From positions 736,001 through 800,000 of the forward strand of contig CAWGVS010000005.1 in assembly GCA_963826115.1 (NCBI GenBank): a stretch of DNA of 64,000 nt, in the 5' to 3' direction. Both the position numbers and the translations under genes were made by a program. This stretch comes from an uncultured Candidatus Rokubacteria bacterium. Its GTDB lineage: Bacteria > Methylomirabilota > Methylomirabilia > Rokubacteriales > DASRDR01. The notes beneath the pieces were generated by a model that saw only the letters and a list, made by a program, of their open reading frames with translations, was not told where the DNA came from and searched no databases. Within the stretch, counting starts at the first letter, position 1. Each line of letters opens with the position of its first letter. Shown in pieces: positions 21,154 through 29,369 of this stretch.

Positions 21154-21390
21154 TCATGCATGGAGCGGGCAGGCGCACCGCGCGGGGTGCGGGGGCATCG
21201 GAGCCGTCGGGCAGTTCCCGCAATCGCAGCCCGCCCGGTGGGGCTGGTTGAGCCGCAGGAGTCGCATCCCGAACACGCGCTTCCGCATCCGGCGAAACCG
21301 CGGCGGGGGCTTCTGCTCTTTCTGTGCGGCTGCGACGGCGCGGTAGGCGTCCTTCGGGGTGGTGCTGTCGTCGTTCGTCCTGTCCGTCAT
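21154..21390 (-). CDS. Small protein with Cys/His-rich C-terminus
   Basis: SD GGAGG before ATG; HRAGCDCGNC...HPARCACPLH. Confidence 0.5.
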   Translation of the reverse strand: MTDRTNDDSTTPKDAYRAVAAAQKEQKPPPRFRRMRKRVFGMRLLRLNQPHRAGCDCGNCPTAPMPPHPARCACPLHA

Positions 21391-21473
21391 GGTCGTGTCC
21401 TCCCTGCTGTTGGTGTGGGGCTGGGGCGCTCCATCAAAGAGGCCGATCTCCAGGTCGCTCCATCGCCGGCCCA

Positions 21474-21755
21474 TCATCGAAGCTCCTGCAGGTCGGGCGT
21501 GCGTGCTCGGTGCCGCCAGCGGTGCAGCAGCTTGCGCACGTTGGGCGGCACCGCGTACTCGGTCAGAGCCGCGCGCTCCAGCAACCCCGGCCAGTCCCGC
21601 GTGCGCACCTGCACCAGCACCACGTCGGTGGTGCCGATGCCGACGATGTCCCACTCGCCCAACGAGGCCGCACTGCGCGTGCAGCGGTAACCCGCGGCTT
21701 CCAGCAGGGCCATGGAGCGGTGCTCGTTCCGGGTGCCCTTCCGCTTCGCGTTCAC
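21474..21755 (-). CDS. Hjc-like PD-(D/E)XK nuclease (Holliday junction resolvase-like)
   Basis: KRKGTRNE...LEAAGY...RSAASLGEWDIV...LVQVR resembles the archaeal Hjc pattern; GTGA overlap with upstream frame. Confidence 0.7.
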   Translation of the reverse strand: MNAKRKGTRNEHRSMALLEAAGYRCTRSAASLGEWDIVGIGTTDVVLVQVRTRDWPGLLERAALTEYAVPPNVRKLLHRWRHRARTPDLQELR

Positions 21756-22283
21756 TCCAGGGGCTCCAACGACGACGGCCGCTGCGGCAGGCGGGCACCG
21801 AGACGACGCGGGCCGGGGTCGGCGGCCGGTGCCGGCGGGGGTGAGGGCACGCTCGGCTGCGGGGCCGGCGCCAGGGCGCTCGCCCGGTGCAGAAACTCCG
21901 GGGGCAGGCCGCCCAGCCGGCGCAGCGCCTGGGTGTACACGGCCTGCACGACGGCCTCTTGCTGCTGGAGCCACTGAAGCTCCCGGCGGAACGGAGCCAG
22001 CCGATGGTCGCGGGTGCGGGCCGTCGTGGCCGTCGCGAGCGCCGTGCAGCCGGCTGACGACGGTCTCCGTGCAGCGTGGGCAGGCCAACGCGGTGCTCTG
22101 GTCCTCCGTGTTGAAGACTGCGAACGTGACGAGGAAGTGATCGAGCAGGACCCCACACCAGGCGCAGCGGGTCAGTCGGGGCACGAACCACGACAGACGG
22201 TCAATCGGTGGCGGCACCGGTCGCCGGCGGCGCGGCTTGCCCTTCTTCGTCGGCTGGGTCATGTCGTCGGGCTGGCCGCTCAT
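21752..22283 (-). CDS. Hypothetical Zn-finger protein, possibly frameshifted or two genes
   Basis: CAWC...CPRC in the frame starting at 22283; a second frame (RRELQWLQQQEAVV...LEPLE*) ends at the Hjc start. Confidence 0.4.
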
Positions 22284-23266
22284 GCGGCCTCCGCCCCGAC
22301 GTTGCCCGCGCCCCAGCCATACCGAACCAGATCGCCCCAGCGGCGCGGTCGGCCCGTCACGCTGGGGTCGTCGTCGGGGTCGGCCACCTCCAGGTCGTCT
22401 CCTGGTGGCGGGGCCGGTGCCTGCGCCCCGCCGTCGTCGCCGGTCGGGTGATCGTCGTTCTCGGTGTGCATCCGTGCCTCCGGTTCTCGCCCGTAGGTTG
22501 CGCAGCGCGCCAGCGTGGCCATGAATCCATCGTCGCGGTCCAGGATCGGTCCGATCCGCTCCGGTCCGGTTTCGATCCGGCCCCTTGAGGCTGAAAGCCC
22601 ATCCGAACCCCCCCGTGCGTCGGGGGGGTAGGGGGGGTTCTTTCGAACCCTTTCTGTCGGAGTCTGAGAAGAAGTCGGCGGGACCATCGGCGCTCGCGTG
22701 TCTGGGACCATCGGCGCTCGCGCAACACCCGGCGCGGAATCGGTAGACCTGGAGCGGCGATTCCTGGGCGATACCATCGGCGCTCGCGGGTCGTCTACCA
22801 TCGGCGCTACCATCGGCGCTGACCCCCCTAGCATCGGCGCTCCGCTGGGCTGCACCATCGGCGCTGGCGCCAGGCCGTCACTCCGTGATGGCACGTCTTC
22901 GTGCGGGGTTGCGGTGCCACGGACCATCGGCGGTGACGCGCCGTGTACCATCGGCGCTTCCAGGCCCATGGCCCCCGGCAGGATGCGGATGGTGGTGAAG
23001 CCGGCGCTGCCCTCGTCGGGGTACCGCACAGCCTCCGTGGCGATCCAGCCGCGGGTCCGCAAGGTCTGAAGGAACCGACTCACGGCACGCGGGCTCCACC
23101 CCCAGCGCCGGGCGAGTTCGACCTGGGACGTGTCGAGCACCAGCGCGCCTGTGTGCCAGTGTGCGGAGAGCAACAGGTACAGCCAGGCGTCCAGGCGGTT
23201 GATGCGTCCCGTTGGCCAGAGCGGATCATCCAGGAGCGAACGCGGCAGCTTCACCCAGCCGGTCAT
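22280..23266 (-). CDS. Phage-type replication initiator (wHTH) with internal iterons
   Basis: MTGWVKLPRSLL...DAWLYLLLSA...SQVELARRWGWS..VSRFLQTL...GWI replisome-organizer-like N-terminus; repeated APMV peptide. Confidence 0.75.
   Translation of the reverse strand: MTGWVKLPRSLLDDPLWPTGRINRLDAWLYLLLSAHWHTGALVLDTSQVELARRWGWSPRAVSRFLQTLRTRGWIATEAVRYPDEGSAGFTTIRILPGAMGLEAPMVHGASPPMVRGTATPHEDVPSRSDGLAPAPMVQPSGAPMLGGSAPMVAPMVDDPRAPMVSPRNRRSRSTDSAPGVARAPMVPDTRAPMVPPTSSQTPTERVRKNPPYPPDARGGSDGLSASRGRIETGPERIGPILDRDDGFMATLARCATYGREPEARMHTENDDHPTGDDGGAQAPAPPPGDDLEVADPDDDPSVTGRPRRWGDLVRYGWGAGNVGAEAA
22683..22958 (+). repeat. Iteron-like array, 9 x ACCATCGGCGCT (putative origin)
   Basis: Copies at 22683, 22707, 22773, 22797, 22809, 22830*, 22854, 22923* and 22947 (* = one mismatch). 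Confidence 0.8.
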
Positions 23267-23469
23267 TCCCTCGTCTCCGGCCGAGTGCCCGGCTGGTCCG
23301 ACTCCGCGGCCAGCCGACGCTCGGCCTCGCGCAGGATCATCCTCGCCAGCAGGCCCACCAGGTCCTCGTACTCGACCGACCCGCGGGTCGGCACGCGGAA
23401 GAGCCGTGCACCGGCGACCGGCCGCGCCTGGTGGATCACGCGGGCGGGGCGGGGGCGCGCTGTCCTCAT
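23263..23469 (-). CDS. Small hypothetical protein (68 aa)
   Basis: ATGA overlaps with both the XRE gene and the rep gene. Confidence 0.55.
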   Translation of the reverse strand: MRTARPRPARVIHQARPVAGARLFRVPTRGSVEYEDLVGLLARMILREAERRLAAESDQPGTRPETRE

Positions 23470-23687
23470 GGCTGGCCGTTGCGGGCGAGAGGCGGGTCGA
23501 ACAGGTTGCCCAGCGGGACGCGGAGGGAGCGAGCAAGGCGCACCTTGGTCTGCCAGGACGGCACGGACAGACCTCGTTCCGCGCGCGAGATGGTGCCGAT
23601 GTCGAGGCCGGTCAGGTGGGAGAGGTCGCGCAGCGTGAGGCCACGCTCCTTCCGCCAGCGCCGCAGAGGATGCGGGTGCGCGCCCAT
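23466..23687 (-). CDS. XRE/Cro-like HTH regulator
   Basis: LRRWRKERGLTLRDLSHLTGLDIGTISRAERG. Confidence 0.88.
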   Translation of the reverse strand: MGAHPHPLRRWRKERGLTLRDLSHLTGLDIGTISRAERGLSVPSWQTKVRLARSLRVPLGNLFDPPLARNGQP

Positions 23688-23920
23688 GGGTCCACCACGC
23701 GGTCACAAGGTGGCTGGCGAGCGCGAAGCGGCACCGCCATGGTGCTGAACCGCTCGCCGGACCGGCACCCGCTCGTTGTGTGGGCGCGCGCGCAGGTGCT
23801 CGCTGAGAGCACCGCCGATCCGCGATGTGGGTGGGGACGCGGGGTGGTGCTCTCAGCCGTATCATCTACACCGGCCCCATGGGCAGCGCAACAAAAAAAC
23901 GCTTGGCTCGGGTCGCCGCG

Positions 23921-23995
23921 TCAGGCGGCGCGACGAAGGGTGACGATTGTCCGGATCGGCCAGGCGTAGCGCGGGCCGGACCCCGCCGGGGGCAC
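23921..23995 (-). repeat. Internal att / integrase C-terminal tail module, copy 1
   Basis: Reads VPPAGSGPRYAWPIRTIVTLRRAA* on minus strand; core CCGGGGGCAC at 23986-23995. Confidence 0.85.
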
Positions 23996-24045
23996 ACCCT
24001 TACACCTGGTGCGCGGTGCTATCCAGAATTCGCGCGGGCGCCCGC

Positions 24046-24372
24046 TTACTTGAGCATGCGAATCATCAACGCGACGACTAGTAGACTGGAGATCGGAACG
24101 GTCAGGACCAACCAGGTTAGGACATGGAGTTGCCGGCGAAGTCTCAGCAGGGCAGTGTCACCGCGAAGGATCTCCGCCGATCGCTGCCGATAGAAGAAGA
24201 ACAGCTGTTCCGGATGGCGTATCCCCCAAAAGGCCTCGGGCATCACCTTCTCTGCAACGTTGGGGTACCGTCGCATGAACTGAAGCTGCAATCGGGCGCC
24301 CACGATGCCCATTGCAAGGAAGAGGATCCCGTTGCCGAGGAACAGAAGCACACCTACCAGCGGGCTGACCAC
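24046..24372 (-). CDS. Small two-TM membrane protein (cassette cargo)
   Basis: 108 aa with hydrophobic helices at both ends; lower GC than its flanks. Confidence 0.7.
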   Translation of the reverse strand: MVSPLVGVLLFLGNGILFLAMGIVGARLQLQFMRRYPNVAEKVMPEAFWGIRHPEQLFFFYRQRSAEILRGDTALLRLRRQLHVLTWLVLTVPISSLLVVALMIRMLK

Positions 24373-24428
24373 GACCCCACCCCCGCGCGACTCCTCAGGT
24401 TTGTGTCGGCGGCCGCTATTCTACGCTC

Positions 24429-24506
24429 CTACGCTGCGCGCCGGAGCGCGACGAGTCGCCGGATCGGTCGCGAGTAGCGTGGGCCGGACCCCGCCGGGGG
24501 CACCAA
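24429..24506 (-). repeat. attR with integrase C-terminal tail module, copy 2
   Basis: Reads LVPPAGSGPRYSRPIRRLVALRRAA* on minus strand; core at 24494-24506. Confidence 0.88.
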
Positions 24507-24548
24507 TTAATCAAGTAGTTACGCGACACCATTTCTGAGACGAGCCGG

Positions 24549-24572
24549 TTTTGTGGCGATTTTTGTGGCGAT
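24549..24572 (+). repeat. Perfect tandem 12-bp repeat TTTTGTGGCGAT x2
   Basis: Seen directly, about 43 bp beyond attR. Confidence 0.7.
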
Positions 24573-24761
24573 CTTGAGTCGGAGGTCCTGAGACGGCCCC
24601 CAACATCCCAGGCGGCGGAAGGAACCGTTATCATCCCAGTCGTGGGCTAGGCGTCGGCTACCTACCGACGTTTAACGAGCAGAATCCTCGCCGCCCTGCC
24701 CGCGGAATGTCCCCCGAGGCGTTCCACCCGAGGAGAAGCGACACGTAGAGGAGGGCGATCA

Positions 24762-25187
24762 ATGCCGGCGAATCCGCTCATCGGGACGTGGCGGCTCGTG
24801 TCGTGGGAGCTGCGGGACGCGGATGGCCGTGTCACGTACCCCTGGGGTCGCGATCCAGTAGGGTTCATCACGTATACCGTGGACGGGCGCATGGCTGTGC
24901 AGTTTGGGCGTTCGGACCGCGCTCAGCTCTCCGTTGCCGATTGGCTGGCCGCATCTGACGCGGAGATCGTGGCGGCGGCCCGGGGCTACTTCGCATACTG
25001 CGGCACCTACGAGTGCCGAGACGACACGGTCGTGCACCGGCTGGACCTCTGCCTGATGCCCAACTGGATCGGCGGAGAGCAGGTGCGCCAGGTCGCGTTG
25101 AAGGGGGACACCGTCACTCTCTTCACGCCGCCCACCCAGCTCGGCGGCCAGCAACGGGCCAGCAGCCTCGTCTGGCGGCGAGTGTGA
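24762..25187 (+). CDS. Lipocalin-like domain protein
   Basis: LIGTWRLVSW, GFITYTVDGRM, YFAYCGTY, PNWIGGEQVR and LVWRR. Confidence 0.85.
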   Translation: MPANPLIGTWRLVSWELRDADGRVTYPWGRDPVGFITYTVDGRMAVQFGRSDRAQLSVADWLAASDAEIVAAARGYFAYCGTYECRDDTVVHRLDLCLMPNWIGGEQVRQVALKGDTVTLFTPPTQLGGQQRASSLVWRRV

Positions 25188-25221
25188 AGCCAACCCCGTA
25201 AGCGACAGGCTCGTGGGCTAG

Positions 25222-25252
25222 TGAACCGCCCCGGGAAACCCGGGGCGGTTCA
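25222..25252. mobile_element. Abutted IS3-family-like terminal inverted repeats without transposase
   Basis: TGAACCGCCCCGGG-AAA-CCCGGGGCGGTTCA, a perfect 14-bp IR like IS629/IS6110-type ends. Confidence 0.6.
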
Positions 25253-25416
25253 GTCGCACGGTGCGAGCTTGGGCGCTTCCGTTCTTCGCTACGCGTCCTG
25301 GCCATCGCTTTTCAAGGCCATGAAAGTGTGGGAGGGGTTATGTACCATCTGAACGACTCGACCCACACGGAGGTCGATCCAAGCGCGGCAGTTCAATGCT
25401 CACCAGGAGGCGGGAC

Positions 25417-25914
25417 GTGACAACACACACCGCGGAGAACCCCGGCGAGGCGCAAGCCAAGCGTCTTGAGCATGTCTACGAGGAGGTGGCCAAGCTGCTG
25501 CGAGACCCCAAGGTGGCCTCGCGTCTGCGCACGGCGCCGGGTGAAAATGAGTGGTCAGCGATGCAGACGCTGGGACACATGACGGAGCTGATCCCGTACT
25601 GGTTGCATCACTGTCGCGCCCTGATCGCCGCGACGGGAGCCCCGCCCACGTTCGGACGCACGCCCGGCTCGCCTGAGCGACTCGCTGGGGTCGCGTACGG
25701 GGCTGCCGCTCAACCCGACGTGCTGTTGTCCCAGCTAGAGAAGGAAGTTCGGGCAGCAGCCGGCACGATCCGGAACCTGTCCACAGCCGAGCGCGGTAAG
25801 CGGGGTATTGACCACGAGAGGGGCGAGGTGACCGTCGCCGACGTCCTCGAGAGGTTCATTGTCAGCCACGCCGAAGGGCACTTGGCACAGGCACAGGCCG
25901 CGCTTCGGGGTTAG
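25417..25914 (+). CDS. DinB-family protein
   Basis: SD AGGAGG; EWSAMQTLGHM and HAEGHLAQ metal-binding His pattern. Confidence 0.8.
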   Translation: MTTHTAENPGEAQAKRLEHVYEEVAKLLRDPKVASRLRTAPGENEWSAMQTLGHMTELIPYWLHHCRALIAATGAPPTFGRTPGSPERLAGVAYGAAAQPDVLLSQLEKEVRAAAGTIRNLSTAERGKRGIDHERGEVTVADVLERFIVSHAEGHLAQAQAALRG

Positions 25915-26071
25915 TCATCGGCCTCCGGCACCCGACGTGGTCTTCGCCCTTGACGTGGACTGGCGGCCCGCAGGCGCGACCCGACGGCTGGCCCGTGGGC
26001 AAGCGCGGCCTTTGATCTCAGTCCCGCCGCGCGATGATGAGCCAGCGAGGTAACTCGGCACCGCTGCGCAC

Positions 26072-26215
26072 TTACTCGATCACCTCATCCGCCCGTGCCA
26101 GCACCGCCGAGGGCAGGTCGGTCGGCTTGGCGCCTTTGAGGATCTTGTCCACGTAGGTGGCGACGCACCGAAACAAATCACCAAGGGCTGCACCGTGAGA
26201 GATGAGGCCCCCGGA
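26072..26215 (-). pseudogene. Remnant of ABC_sub_bind-family substrate-binding protein gene
   Basis: GGLISHG...[15 protein letters not shown] joined directly to [12 protein letters not shown], indicating an internal deletion; no 5' part. Confidence 0.75.
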
Positions 26216-27188
26216 TCAGCGGGTGGAAAACTCCTGCTGGATGCGAGCCACGTCGGTGATGTTGTTGGCCAGGAGCAGCTGGAGCAGCACGCGGGCCTTG
26301 GGCGGGTTGAGATCGAGCGCGGCCACGAAGCCCAGTTGGTCGTCGTTGAGCTCCGCGTTGCGGAGTGTGAAGCCCGAGCCGACTCGGCTGGAGCGGACCA
26401 CGATGACCCCCTGTTTCGCGGCGGCGGACAGCGCGTCGACGACCGCCTTGGACGAGTTGCCGTCGCCGACGCCGGCGAGGACGATACCCTTGGCGCCGCG
26501 CTTCACTGCGTCGGACACCTCATCGGCCATCATGTGTGAGTGCGAGTAGATAATGTCCACGCGGGGGAGGGGAGCCTTGTCGGGCGCCTTGAAGCGAGGA
26601 CGCGGGTAGTTCACAAGGGGAGCGACAAACCGCACGGACGCGGCGTCGACGTAACCGGCCGGGCCGCTGTTCGGGGAAGCGAACGTCTGCAGGCTCGTGG
26701 TGTTGGTCTTGGTCGCGTCGCGTGACTCGTGGATCGTGTCGTTCAGGACGAGCAGCACGCCGCGCCCGCGCGCCTCCTCGGAGGCGGCGACCTTCACCGC
26801 GGCGTAGAGGTTGGCAGGGCCGTCGGCGCCGACGGCGGTGGATGGGCGCATGGACCCCACCAGCACCACCGGCTTGTCGCTGGCGACGACCTGCTCGAGG
26901 AAGAACGCCGTCTCCTCCATGGTGTCGGTGCCGTGCGTGACCACGACTCCGTCGGCATCTCCCGTGCTGAAGAGCTCGTTGATCCGCCTGGCCAGGGTGA
27001 CCCACACCTCGTCGTTCATGTCCTGGCTGCCGATATTGGAGATCTGGTCGGTGGTGAGCATCGCGAGCTTCTCGATGCCAGGGACGGCGTCGATGAGGTC
27101 TTTGGCGGATGCCTGGCCCGACGTGTAGCCCACCTCGGAGATGGTGTTGGCCTTGCCGGCGATCGTCCCGCCCGTGGCGAGGATGGTC
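26216..27188 (-). CDS. ansB: Type II L-asparaginase, apparently 5'-truncated
   Basis: ILATGGTIAG, NIGSQDM, THGTDTMEETA and LNPPKARVLL; no canonical in-frame start upstream of the catalytic Thr motif. Confidence 0.85.
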
Positions 27189-27862
27189 CAAAGCCTGTTG
27201 CGTGCCCCCTCCCCAGGCTCGTGTCAGCTCAGCGGGCGGATTCCCAGGGTGGCCGGACTCTATCGCGCGGCGGGCCGGCCCGGCAAGGGCCAGAGCGGGC
27301 CGGGACAGCCTCGGGGAGACGTAGGTGAGAACCGGCTTCCAGGGGTCGACGGGCAGACTGGGATGGCGGCGGCTGGGACGTCGAGATCGACGGCGGGTCA
27401 CGGGGCGGTGAGTGAACAGTACGGCGACGGCTGGGCCGCCAGTCCGAGCGCGCCGACCAGATGCCGCACACGTGCGGTTCCGTCAGCGCCCCAGGGTCCG
27501 CCGCGGGCCGCCGCAGCGCGGACAGACCAATGCTCCGGTCTCTACGCCGCGCGAATCAGAAGCGTCCCGCCAAGGGGAACTGTGTCATACCGGGCAGTCT
27601 CCTTCGGGGCCACCAACTCTTTCGAATACCTACCCGACCGAGTCCGCGACGATCCCGGCCGATTTGGACCGTTCTGACACTGAACCACTCGGATCTCTCC
27701 GACCAACCGGAGCCAAAAGTGGATCGACGTGTAGACCCCGGGACCACGGTATACTGGGGGCCTCGAATCACGCCCGGATCGGCCGCAAAGCGATTGAGCT
27801 TCTGCGGTACCCGCCTCCCCGTGCAACGAGCCACGCAGCCATCCCCCGGGTGAGGTGTCTTC

Positions 27863-28138
27863 ATGACGAACGTCGATCCCGAACTTGCTCGGCCGCGATT
27901 CACGCTCCACGGCCCGATCCGGATCCTGGACCTCCCGGAGCGGCGGCTGAGCCTCGGCGAACGTAATCTCTGGCTGGCGCCGGACGTCCCGACCGGCGAC
28001 CTCGAATTCGGCGCGGAGGTGGTGGCGAAGGGCTACAAGGAAGAGGATCGATGGATCGTGGATCTCATCACGATCACCAGCGTCGCGGCCTCGAGGCGCC
28101 GGCCGATCTCACTTCGAAGCTCGCGACCTCGTTACTAG
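27863..28138 (+). CDS. Small hypothetical beta-rich protein
   Basis: SD GAGGT; 91 aa of plausible composition. Confidence 0.5.
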   Translation: MTNVDPELARPRFTLHGPIRILDLPERRLSLGERNLWLAPDVPTGDLEFGAEVVAKGYKEEDRWIVDLITITSVAASRRRPISLRSSRPRY

Positions 28139-28596
28139 CCGTGAGGGAGCCGCATCCGGAAGCGGTCGTGGAAGGTCCGAGAGCCACATCCAGTAGAGGG
28201 CGGGTAGACCAGGACGCGCGGGGCGCGGCGTCGGAGAGCTCGGAGCCGGCCGGGGGCGGCCGAAGGGCGGGGACGAGATCAGTCGCGCGACGCGCCGACC
28301 ACGCTCTCGCCGTCGTGCGCGAGCAGGATTTCGCCGTTCGACAGGGCCGTGATCGTGAAGTCCTCCGCGTCGCTCCGCCGCTTCTTGTCGTCGCGGACGT
28401 CACACATCGCAGGAGGTTGGCAAGGGTCCACGGGCCCGCACCAGGTGGTGCCAGGCCTAGTGTCACTAGCGGTGTCAGTTCAGGAGTACACCTTACGTAC
28501 CGTTGACCTGTTACCGCCCGTCGGGCAGTATGGCCGCGTCCTTGCGATGCAGCTACCTACGTGTCAACCCGAACCGTCGAGAGAATGGAGTGTCCG

Positions 28597-28905
28597 ATGC
28601 GCTTTGTCATGAAAGTCAGCATTCCGGTCGAGAAGTTCAACGCTGCGGTCCGAGACGGGAGCGCAGGTAAGAAGCTCCAGCAGATCCTGGACGACACGAA
28701 GCCTGAGGCGGTGTACTTCTGGGAGGAAGACGGCAAGCGCGGAGGCATCATGGTCGTCAACCTCGAGAAGGCGTCCCAAATCCCAGCGTTTGCCGAGCCG
28801 TGGTTCCTGTCTTTCGATGCGAGTGTGGCGTTTCACCCTTGCATGACACCGCAGGATCTCGCTGCGGCGGGTCTGGACGCGCTGGGAAAGAAGTACGCCC
28901 GCTAG
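28597..28905 (+). CDS. Small conserved-type hypothetical protein (DUF3303-like)
   Basis: KPEAVYF..EDGKRGG...SQIPAFAEPWF...HPCMTPQDL. Confidence 0.75.
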   Translation: MRFVMKVSIPVEKFNAAVRDGSAGKKLQQILDDTKPEAVYFWEEDGKRGGIMVVNLEKASQIPAFAEPWFLSFDASVAFHPCMTPQDLAAAGLDALGKKYAR

Positions 28906-29259
28906 AAGGTTCGGTACCGAGATCGACACTCCGGCTTGACGTGGGTCGGGAGGTCGGAGGGGTGGAGCCCGGCCGGTGAGGCCGATGCCCAGCATTCGCG
29001 GGGCGACACCGGCGAGCTTCATCGCGCGTTGCTGTCGGAGGTGCGGAGGCGGCCGAGCCGGTAGGGCCGGATCCACGTTTCTCCGGTGTCGGAGCATTCG
29101 ATCCGCGGTCGCCACGTCTACACCGAGCTCTTGCGCGATCGTGGTGCAGGAATGCCCCCTCCCGCCTCGCGTCGCCAGCGCGTCGGTGACGTGCACCGGG
29201 CCGATTCTGGTCCTCTGGCGTCGCTTGGAGGGCACGAGTGGGCCGCGTTCGTGTTTCGA

Positions 29260-29349
29260 TGCCGTGTGAACAAGCTCGAAGCCGGGAAGGAGGACCCTTC
29301 ATTGGCCACGATCAGTTCGCTCGCCAAAGCGCCCTCGGCCTGCCGGTGA
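29260..29349 (+). pseudogene. XRE HTH remnant
   Basis: VNKLEAGKEDPSLATISSLAKA without its N-terminal helices. Confidence 0.45.
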
Positions 29350-29369
29350 CGGCGCTGCTGGAGTAGGAG

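Larger units (their letters stand above)
15893..24506. mobile_element. tRNA-Arg-integrated phage satellite / tycheposon-like element (~8.6 kb)
   Basis: Bounded by direct repeat CCGGGGGCACCAA (15893-15905 and 24494-24506); encodes LSR, capsid protein, TerS, Rep and XRE; no TerL, portal, tail or lysis genes. Confidence 0.88.

Noticed and set aside
22683-22958. Repeat array as CRISPR
   Set aside because: Repeats are only 12 bp, spacers are irregular (0-57 bp), the array lies inside a CDS, and there are no cas genes.
15893-24506. Complete prophage or capsid-forming PICI
   Set aside because: No large terminase, portal, protease, head-tail connector, tail or lysis genes.
28564-29235. Minus-strand ORF with HTH-like stretch (TIAQELGVDVATADRML)
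   Set aside because: It overlaps a better-supported plus-strand gene and is at most a decayed fragment.
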